DNA from: Eledone cirrhosa
Taxonomy: Eukaryota
NCBI GenBank assembly: GCA_964016885.1
Contig: OZ024749.1
Location: 20,460,001 to 20,524,000 of the forward strand
Length of the DNA stretch: 64,000 bases
Reading direction: 5' to 3'
A program made the position numbers and the translations under genes. The notes below the pieces were generated by a model, which had not been told where the DNA came from, did not search any database, and saw only the letters and a list, made by a program, of their open reading frames with translations. Shown in pieces: positions 54,101-64,000 of the stretch (its first letter is position 1; every line of letters begins with the position of its first letter).

Positions 54101-57100
54101 AGTCTGTGGTACCTACTTACAGCTAGGTGGACTCTGACTGTTGGCAGTACAGTGGACTCTACCATACTGTGGTACCTACTTACAGCTAGGTGGACTGTGA
54201 CTATTGACAGTACAGTGGACTATACCAGACTGTGGTACGTACTTACAGCTAGGTGGACTGTGACTGTTGACAGTGGACTATACCATACTGTGGTATCTAC
54301 TTACAGCTAGGTGGACTGTGACTGTTGACAGTACAGTGGACTATACCAGACTGTGTTGGTGCCTACTTACAGCTAGGTGGACTGTGACTGTTGGGACAGT
54401 ACAGTGGACTATACCATACTGTGGTCCCTACTTACAGCAAGGTGGACTGTGACTGTTGGCACAGTACAGTGGACTATACCATACACTGGTACCTACTTAC
54501 ATCTAGGTAGACTGTGACTGTTGACAGTACAGTGGACTATACCATACTGTGGTACCTACTTACAGCTAGGTGGACTGTGACTGTTGACAGTAGAGTGGAC
54601 TATACCACACTGTGGTACCTACTTACAGCTAGGTGGACTGTGACTGTTGGCACAGTACAGTGGACTATAGCATAATGTGGTACCTACTAACAGCTAGGTG
54701 GACTGTGACTGTTGGCACAGTACAGTGGACTATACCATACTGTGGTACCTACTTACAGCTAGGTGGACTGTGACTGTTGGCACAGTACAGTGGACTATAC
54801 CATACTGTGGTACCTACTTACAGCTAGGTGGACTGTGACTGTTGGCACAGTACAGCGGACTATATCATACTGTGGTACCTACTTACGGCTAGGTGGACTG
54901 TGACTGTTGGCACAGTACAGTGGACTATATAATACTGTGGTACCTACTTACAGCTAGGTGGACTGTGACTGTTGACAGTACAGTGGACTATACCATACTG
55001 TGGTACCTACTTACAGCTAGGTGGACTGTGACTGTTGACAGTACAGTGGACTATACCATACTGTGGTACCTACTTACAGCTAGATGGACTGTAATTGTTG
55101 ACAGTAGAGTGGACTATACCACACTGTGGTACCTATTTACAGCTAGGTGGACTGTGACTGTTGGCACAGTACAGTGGACTATACCATACTATGGTACCTA
55201 CTTACAGCTAGGTGGACTGTGACTGTTGGCACAGTACAGTGGACTATACCATACTGTGGTACCTACTTACAGCTAGGTGGACTGTGACTGTTGGCACAGT
55301 ACAGTGGACTATACCATACTGTGGTACCTACTTACAGCTAGGTGAACTGTGACTGTTGGCACAGTACAGTGGACCATACCATACTGTGGTACCTACTTAC
55401 AGCTAGGTGGACTGTGACTGTTGGCACAGTACAGTGGAATATATCATACAGTGGTACCTACTTACAGCTGGGTGGACTGTGACTGTTGACAGTACAGTGG
55501 ACTATACCACACTGTTGTACCTACTTACAGCTAGGTGGACTGCGACTGTTGGCACAGTACAGTGGACTATACCATACTTTGGTACCTACTTACAGCTAGG
55601 TGGACTGCGACTGTTGGCACAGTACAGTGGACTATACCATACTGTGGAACCTACTTACAGCTAGGTGGACTGCGACTGTTGGCACAGTACAGTGGACTAT
55701 ACCAGACTGTGGTACCTACTTACAGCTAGGTGGACTGTGACTGTTGACACCGTACAGTGGACTATACCATACTGTGGTACCTACTTACAGCTAGGTGGAC
55801 TGTGACTGTTGACATAGTACAGTGGACTATACCACACTGTGGTCCCTACTTACAGCTAGGTGGACTGTGACTGTTGACACAATACAGTGGACTATACCAG
55901 ACTGTGGTGCCTACTTACAGCTAGGTGGACTGTGACTGTTGACAGTACAGTGGACTGTGACTGTTGACAGTACAGTGTACTATACCAGACTGTGGTACCT
56001 ACTTACAGCTAGGTGGACTGAGCTGTTGCCATAGTACAGTGGACTATACCATACTGTGGTACCTACTTACAGCTTGGTGGACTGAGCTGTTAGCACAGTA
56101 CAGTGGACTATACCATACTGTGGTACCTACTTACAGCTAGGTGGACTGAGCTGTTGACATAGTACAGTGGACTATACCATACTGTGGTACCTACTTACAG
56201 CTAGGTGGACTGAGCTGTTGGCACAGTACAGTGGACTATACCAACTGTGGTACCTACTTACAGCTAGGTGGACTGAGCTGTTGACATAATACAGTGGACT
56301 ATACCATACTGTGGTACCTACTTACAGCTAGGTGGACTGTGACTGTTGACAGTACAGTGGACTATACCATACTGTGGTACCTACCTACAGCTAGGTGGAC
56401 TGAGCTGTTGACATAGTACAGTGGACTATACCATACTGTGGTACCTACTTACAGCTAGGTGGACTGTGACTGTTGACAGTACAGTGGACTATACCATACT
56501 GTGGTACCTACTGACAGCTAGGTGGACTGAGATGTTGACATAGTACAGTGGGCTATACCATACTGTGGTCCCTACTTACAGCTAGGTGGACTGTGACTGT
56601 TGACAGTACAGTGGACTATACCATACTGTGGTGCCTAGTTACAGCTAGGTGGACTGTGACTGTTGACATAGTAGAGTGGACTATACCATACTGTGGTACC
56701 TACTTACAGCTAGGTGGACTGTGACTGTTGACATAGTACAGTAGACTATACCATACTGTGGTACCTACTTACAGCTAGGTGGACTGTGACTGTTGACAGT
56801 ACAGTGGACTATACCATACTGTGGTACCTACTTACAGCTAGGTGGACTGTGACTGTTGACAGTACAATGGACTATACCATACTGTGGTACCTACTTACAG
56901 CTAGGTGGACTGTGACTGTTGACAGTACAGTGGACTATACCATACTGTGGTAACTACTTACAGCTAGGTGGACTGTGACTGTTGGCACAGTACAGTGGAC
57001 TATACCATACTGTGGTGCCTACTTACAGCTAGGTGGACTGTGACTGTTGACAGTACAGTGGACTATACCATACTGTGGTACCTACTTACAGGTAGGTGGA

Positions 57101-60100
57101 CTGTGACTGTTGACATAGTACAGTGGACTATACCATACTGTGGTACCTACTTACAGCTAGGTGGACTGTGACTGTTGACAGTACAGTGGACTATACCATA
57201 CTGTGGTACCTACTTACAGCTAGGTGGACTGTGACTGTTGACATAGTACAGTGGACTATACCATACTGTGGTACCTACTTACAGCTAGGTGGACTGTGAC
57301 TGTTGACATATTACAGTGGACTATACCATACTGTGGTACCTACTTACAGCTAGGTGCACTGTGACTGTTGACATAGTACAGTGGACTTTACCAACTGTGG
57401 TACCTACTTACAGCTAGGTAGACTGAGCTGTTGAGATAGTACAGTGGACTATACCATACTGTGGTACCTACTTACAGCTAGGTGGACTGTGACTGTTGAC
57501 AGTACAGTGGACTATACCATACTGTGGTACCTACTTACAGCTAGGTGGACTGTGACTGTTGACATAGTACAGTGGACTATACCAACTGTGGTACCGACTT
57601 ACAGCTAGCTGGACTGAGCTGTTGACATAGTACAGTGGACTATACCATACTGTGGTACCTACTTACAGCTAGGTGGACTGTGACTGTTGACAGTACAGTG
57701 GACTATACCATACTGTGGAACCTACTTACAGCTAGGTGGACTGCGACTGTTGGCACAGTACAGTGGACTATACCAGACTGTGGTACCTACTTACAGCTAG
57801 GTGGACTGTGACTGTTGACACCGTACAGTGGACTATACCATACTGTGGTACCTACTTACAGCTAGGTGGACTGTGAGTGTTGAGAGTACAGTGGACTATA
57901 CCATACTGTGGTACCTACTTACAGCTAGGTGGACTGTGACTGTTGGCACAGTACAGTGGACTATACCATACTGTGGTACCTACTTACAGCTAGGTAGACT
58001 GTGACTGTTGGCACAGTACAGTGGACTATACCACACTGTGGTACCTACTTCCAGCTAGGTGGACTGTGACTGTTGGCACAGCACAGTGGACTATACCATA
58101 CTGTGGTACCTACTTACAGCTAGGTGGACTGTGACTGTTGACATGGTACAGTGGACTATACCACACTGTGGTCCCTACTTACAACTAGGTGGACTGTGAC
58201 TGTTGACACAGTACAGTGGACTATACCAGACTGTGGTGCCTACTTACAGCTAGGTGGACTGTGACTGTTGACAGTACAGTGGACTGTGACGGTTGACAGT
58301 ACAGTGTACTATACCAGACTGTGGTACCTACTAACAGCTAGGTGGACTGAGCTGTTGCCATAGTACAGTGGACTATACCATACTGTGGTACCTACTTACA
58401 GCTAGGTGGACTGAGCTGTTAGCACAGTACAGTGGACTATACCATACTGTGGTACCTACTTACAGCTAGGTGGACTGAGCTGTTGACATAATACAGTGGA
58501 CTATACCATACTGTGGTACCTACTTACAGCTAGGTGGACTGTGACTGTTGACAGTACAGTGGACTATACCATACTGTGGTACCTACTTACAGCTAGGTGG
58601 ACTGAGCTGTTGACATAGTACAGTGGACTATACCATACTGTGGTACCTACTTACAGCTAGGTGGACTGTGACTGTTCACAGTACAGTGGACTATACCATA
58701 CTGTGGTACCTACTTACAGCTAGGTGGACTGAGCTGTTGACATAGTACAGTGGACTATACCATACTGTGGTGCCTACTTACAGCTAGGTGGACTGTGACT
58801 GTTGACATAGTAGAGTGGACTATACCATACTGTGGTACCTACTTACAGCTAGGTGGACTGGGACTGTTGACAGTACAGTGGACTATACCATACTGTGGTA
58901 CCTACTTACAGCTAGGTGGACTGTGACTGTTGACAGTACCGTGGACTATACCATACTGTGGTACCTACTTACAGCTAGGTGGACTATGACTGTTGACAGT
59001 ACAGTGGACTATACCAGACTGTGGTACCTACTTACAGCTAGGTGGACTGTGACTGTTGGCAGTACAGTGGACTGTGACTGTTGGCAGTACAGTGGACTAT
59101 ACCATACTGTGGTACCTACTTACGGCTAGGTGGACTGTGACTGTTGACAGTACAATGGACTATACTATACTGTGGTATCTACTTACAGATAGGTGGACTG
59201 TGACTGTTGACAGTACAGTGGACTATACCAGTCTGTGGTACCTACTTACAGCTAGGTGGACTCTGACTGTTGGCCGTACAGTGGACTGTACCATACTGTG
59301 GTACCTACTTACAGCTAGGTGGACTGTGACTGTTGACAGTACAGTGGACTATACCAGACTGTGGTACCTACTTACAGCTAGGTGGACTGTTACTGTTGAC
59401 AGTGGACTATACCATACTGTGGTATCTACTTACAGCTAGGTGGACTGTGACTTTTGACAGTACAGTGGACTATACCAGACTGTGGTGGTGCCTACTTACA
59501 GCTAGGTGGACTGTGACTGTTGGGACAGTACAGTGGACTATACCATACTGTGGTCCCTACTTACAGCAAGGTAGACTGTGACTGTTGACAGTACAGTGGA
59601 CCATACCATACTGTGGTACCTACTTACAGCTAGGTGGACTGTAACTGTTGACAGTAGAGTGGACTATACCACACTGTGGTACCTACTTACAGCTAGGTGG
59701 ACTGTGACTGTTGGCACAGTACAGTGGACTATACCATACTGTGGTACCTACCTACAGCTAGGTGGACTGTGACTGTTGGCACAGTACAGTGGACTATACC
59801 AGACTGTGGTGCCTACTTACAGCTAGGTGGACTGTGACTGTTGACAGTACAGTGGACTGTGACTGTTGACAGTACAGTGTACTATACCAGACTGTGGTAC
59901 CTACTTACAGCTAGGTGGACTGAGCTGTTGCCATAGTACAGTGGACTATACCATACTGTGGTACCTACTTACAGCTAGGTGGACTGTGACTGTTGACAGT
60001 ACAGTGGACTATACCATACTGTGGTACCTACTTACAGCTAGGTGGACTGAGCTGTTAGCACAGTACAGTGGACTATATCATACTGTGGTACCTACTTACA

Positions 60101-63100
60101 GCTAGGTGGACTGAGCTGTTGACATAGTACAGTGGATTATACCCTACTGTGGTACCTACTTACAGCTAGGTGGACTGAGCTGTTGGCACAGTACAGTGGA
60201 CTATACGATACTGTGGTACCTACTTACAGCTAGGTGGACTGAGCTGTTGACATAATACAGTGGACTATACCATACTGTGGTACCTACTTACAGCTAGGTG
60301 GACTGTGACTGTTGACAGTACAGTGGACTATACCATACTGTGGTACCTACTTACAGCTAGGTGGACTGTGACTGTTGACAGTACAGTGGACTATACCAGA
60401 CTGTGGTACCTACTTACAGTTAGGTGGACTGTGACTGTTGGCACAGTACAGTGGAATATATCATACAGTGGTACCTACTTACAGCTAGGTGGACTGTGAA
60501 GGTTGACATTACAGTGGACTATACCACACTGTGGTACCTACTTAAAGCTAGGTGGACTGCGACTGTTGGCACAGTACAGTGGACTATACCATACTGTGGT
60601 ACCTACTTACAGCTAGGTGGACTGCGACTGTTGACACCGTACAGTGGACTATACCATACTGTGGTACCTACTTACAGCTAGGTGGACTGTGACTGTTGAC
60701 AGTACAGTGGACTATACCATACTGTGGTGCCTACTTACAGCTAGGTGGACTGTGACTGTTGACAGTACAGTGGACTATACCAGTCTGTGGTACCTACTTA
60801 CAGCTAGGTGGACTCTGACTGTTGGCCGTACAGTGGACTCTACCATACTGTGGTACCTACTTACAGCTAGGTGGACTGTGACTTTTGACAGTACAATGGA
60901 CTATACCAGACTGTAGTACCTACTTGCAGCTAGGTGGACTGTGAGTGTTGAGAGTACAGTGGACTATACTATACTGTGGTACCTACTTACAGCTAGGTGG
61001 ACTGTGACTGTTGACAGTACAGTGGACTATACCATACTGTGGTACCTACTTACAGCTAGGTGGACTGTGACTGTTGACAGTACAATGGACTATACCATAC
61101 TGTGGTATCTACTTACAGCTAGGTGGACTGTGACTGTTGACAGTACAGTGGACTATACCAGTCTGTGGTACCTACTTACAGCTAGGTGGACTCTGACTGT
61201 TGGCCGTACAGTGGACTCTACCATACTGTGGTACCTACTTACAGCTAGGTGGACTGTGACTTTTGACAGTACAATGGACTATACCAGACTGTGGTGGTGC
61301 CTACTTACAGCTAGGTGGACTGTGACTGTTGGGACAGTACAGTGGACTATACCATACTGTGGTCCCTACTTACAGCAAGGTGGACTGTGACTGTTGGCAC
61401 AGTACTGTGGACTATACCATACTGTGGTACCTACTTACATCTAGGTAGACTGTGACTGTTGACAGTACAGTGGACCATACCATACTGTGGTACCTACTTA
61501 CAGCTAGGTGGACTGTGACTGTTGGCACAGTACAGTGGACTATACCATACTGTGGTACCTACTTACAGCTAGGTGGACTGTGACTGTTGGCACAGTACAG
61601 TGGACTATACCAGACTGTGGTGCCTACTTACAGCTAGGTGGACTGTGACTGTTGACAGTACAGTGTACTATACCAGACTGTGGTACCTACTTACAGCTAG
61701 GTGGACTGAGCTGTTGCCATAGTACAGTGGACTATACCATACTGTGGTACCTACTTACAGCTAGGTGGACTGAGCTGTTAGCACAGTACAGTGGACTATA
61801 TCATACTGTGGTACCTACTTACAGCTAGGTGGACTGAGCTGTTGACATAGTACAGTGAACTATACCATACTGTGGTACCTACTTACAGCTAGGTGGACTG
61901 AGCTGTTGGCACAGTACAGTGGACTATACCATACTGTGGTACCTACTTACAGCTAGGTGGACTGAGCTGTTGACATAATACAGTGGACTATACCATACTG
62001 TGGTACCTACTTACAGCTAGGTGGACTGTGACTGTTGACAGTACAGTGGACTATACCATACTGTGGTACCTACTTACAGCTAGGTGGACTGAGCTGTTGA
62101 CATAGTACAGTGGACTATACCATACTGTGGTACCTACTTACAGCTAGGTGGACTGTGACTGTTGGCACAGTACAGTGGAATATATCATACGGTGGTACCT
62201 ACTTACAGCTAGGTGGACTGTGACTGTTGACACCGTACAGTGGACTATACCATACTGTGGTACCTACTTACAGCTAGGTGGACTGTGACTGTTGACAGTA
62301 CAGTGGACTATACCATACTGTGGTACCTACTTACAGCTAGGTGGACTGTGACTGTTGGCACAGTACAGTGGACTATACCATACTGTGGGACCTACTTACA
62401 GCTAGGGGGACTGTGACTGTTGACAGTACAGTGGACTATACCATACTGTGGTGCCTACTTACACGAGGTGGACTGTGACTGTTGACAGTACAGTGGACTG
62501 TACCATACTGTAGTACCTACTTACAGCTAGGTGGACCGTGACTGTTGACAGTACAGTGGACTATACCATACTGTGGTACCTACTGACAGCTAGGTGGACT
62601 GAGATGTTGACATAGTACAGTGGACTATACCTTACTGTGGTACCTACTTACAGCTAGGTGGACTGTGACTGTTGACAGTACAGTGGACTATACCATACTG
62701 TGGTGCCTACTTACAGCTAGGTGGACTGTGACTGTTGACATAGTACAGTGGACTATACCATACTGTGGTATCTACTTACAGCTAGGTGGACTGTGACTGT
62801 TGACAGTACAGTGGACTATACCATACTGTGGTACCTACTTACAGCTAGGTGGACTGTGACTGTTGACAGTACAGTGGACTATACCATACTGTGGTACCTA
62901 CTTACAGCTAGGTGGACTGTGACTGTTGACAGTACAGTGGACTATACCATACTGTGGTACCTACTTACAGCTAGGTGGACTGTGACTGTTGACACAGTAC
63001 AGTGGACTATACCATACTGTGGTGCCTACTTACAGCTAGGTGGACTGTGAGTGTTGAGAGTACAGTGGACTATACCATACTGTGGTGCCTACTTACAGCT

Positions 63101-63750
63101 AGGTGGACTGTGACTGTTGACATAGTACAGTGGACTATACCATACTGTGGTACCTACTTACAGCTAGGTGGACTGTGACTGTTGACATAGTACAGTGGAC
63201 TATACCATACTGTGGTACCTACTTACAGCTAGGTGGACTGTGACTGTTGACAGTACAGTGGACTATACCATACTGTGGTACCTACTTACAGCTAGGTGGA
63301 CTGTGACTGTTGACATAGTACAGTGGACTATACCATACTGTGGTAACTACTTACAGCTAGGTGGACTGAGCTGTTGACATAGTACAGTGGACTATACCAT
63401 ACTGTGGTACCTACTTAGAGCTAGGTGGACTGTGACTGTTGACAGTACAGTGGACTATACCATACTGTGGTACCTACTTACAGCTAGGTGGACTGTGACT
63501 GTTGACATAGTATAGTGGACTATACCAACTGTGGTACCTACTTACAGCTAGCTGGACTGAGCTGTTGACATAGTACAGTGGACTATACCATACTGTGGTA
63601 CCTACTTACAACTAGCTGGACTGTGACTGTTGACAGTACAATGGACTATACCATACTCTGGTACCTACTTACAGCTAGGTGGACTGTGACTGTTGACATA
63701 GTACAGTGGACTATACCAACTGTGGTACCTACTTACAGCTAGGTGGACTG
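51200..63750. repeat. Dispersed ~10 kb-offset duplication (~51.2-53.7 kb vs ~61.3-63.7 kb)
   Basis: The private deletion variant ACACGAGG occurs at 52439 and 62461 (offset 10022). ORFs 52726/62748 have the same offset. GGACCGTGAC, GAGATGTTG and GAGTGTTGAGAG occur in the same order. Confidence 0.75.
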
Positions 63751-64000
63751 TGAATGTTGACATTACTGTGGACTATACCACACTGTGGTACCTACTTAAA
63801 GCAAGGTGGACTGCGACTGTTGGCACAGTACAGTGGACTATACCATACTGTGGTACCTACTTACAGCTAGGTGGACTGCGACTGTTGGCACAGTACAGTG
63901 GACTATACCAGACTGTGGTACCTACTTACAGCTAGGTGGACTGTGACTGTTGACACCGTACAGTGGACTATACCATACTGTGGTACCTACTTACAGCTAG

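Larger units (their letters stand above)
1..64000. repeat. Satellite-type tandem array, 63-65 bp monomer, ~1,000 head-to-tail copies in one orientation, running off both window ends
   Basis: Every line is a variant of GTGGACTATACCATACTGTGGTACCTACTTACAGCTAG-GTGGACTGTGACTGTTGACAGTACA. 63-bp form has TTGACAGT; 65-bp forms have TTGGCACAGT, TTGACATAGT or TTGACACAGT; 64-bp forms have CTGAGCTG or CCAACTG. Most monomers carry a KpnI site (GGTACC), AGCT and CTAG. No non-repeat sequence was seen. Confidence 0.99.

Noticed and set aside
102-63935. Some 180 + strand ORFs with a 21-aa Trp/Tyr/Thr-rich repeat (longest 43837-44412, 191 aa)
   Set aside because: 63 bp is a multiple of 3 and one frame lacks stops. 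The abundant 64/65/58-bp monomers constantly shift the frame, and in-frame stops (TGTAGTA) are propagated. Starts are mostly GTG/TTG/CTG inside the repeat, and there is no unique N- or C-terminal sequence.
1-64000. CRISPR-like alternation of a 38-bp and a 25-27-bp block with ~65-bp period and palindromes
   Set aside because: There are no unique spacers, since both blocks are conserved in every unit. There is no leader and no cas gene.
1-64000. Programmed frameshift/phase-variation or antigenic cassette system made of 63/65-bp units
   Set aside because: There is no expression locus, recombinase, reverse transcriptase or unique flank. The variant patterns are explained by ordinary duplication of neutral mutations.
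1-64000. Assignment to a named satellite family, a centromere or a telomere
   Set aside because: I do not recognise the consensus, and there is no CENP-B box or canonical telomeric repeat. This needs a database search and chromatin data.

Overview
The whole 64 kb window is one uninterrupted, single-orientation tandem array of satellite-type DNA, roughly 1,000 monomers averaging about 64 bp (consensus ~46% GC, no CpG). The consensus 63-bp monomer is GTGGACTATACCATACTGTGGTACCTACTTACAGCTAG (38 bp) plus GTGGACTGTGACTGTTGACAGTACA (25 bp). Common 64/65-bp variants and rarer 58-, 66/68-, 88- and 113-bp variants occur. I saw no unique sequence, inversion, transposon insertion, RNA gene, CRISPR array or credible protein-coding gene. 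All listed ORFs arise because the 63-bp monomer has one stop-free frame (TVDSTVDYTILWYLLTARWTV). The structure of interest is internal. The monomer is tiled by three short inverted repeats. Fixed-order cassettes of variant monomers recur. Local duplications have several periods (317, 378, 471, 1357, 2833, ~3008, ~3781 bp), and there are longer ~8 kb and ~10 kb recurrences. A left-type block reappears about 32.7 kb away, on the far side of a central domain carrying different variants. A eukaryotic heterochromatic origin is likely but is inference; I do not recognise the family or organism, and the sequence alone does not establish a new biological system. Coordinates were read by eye and from ORF-track offsets.
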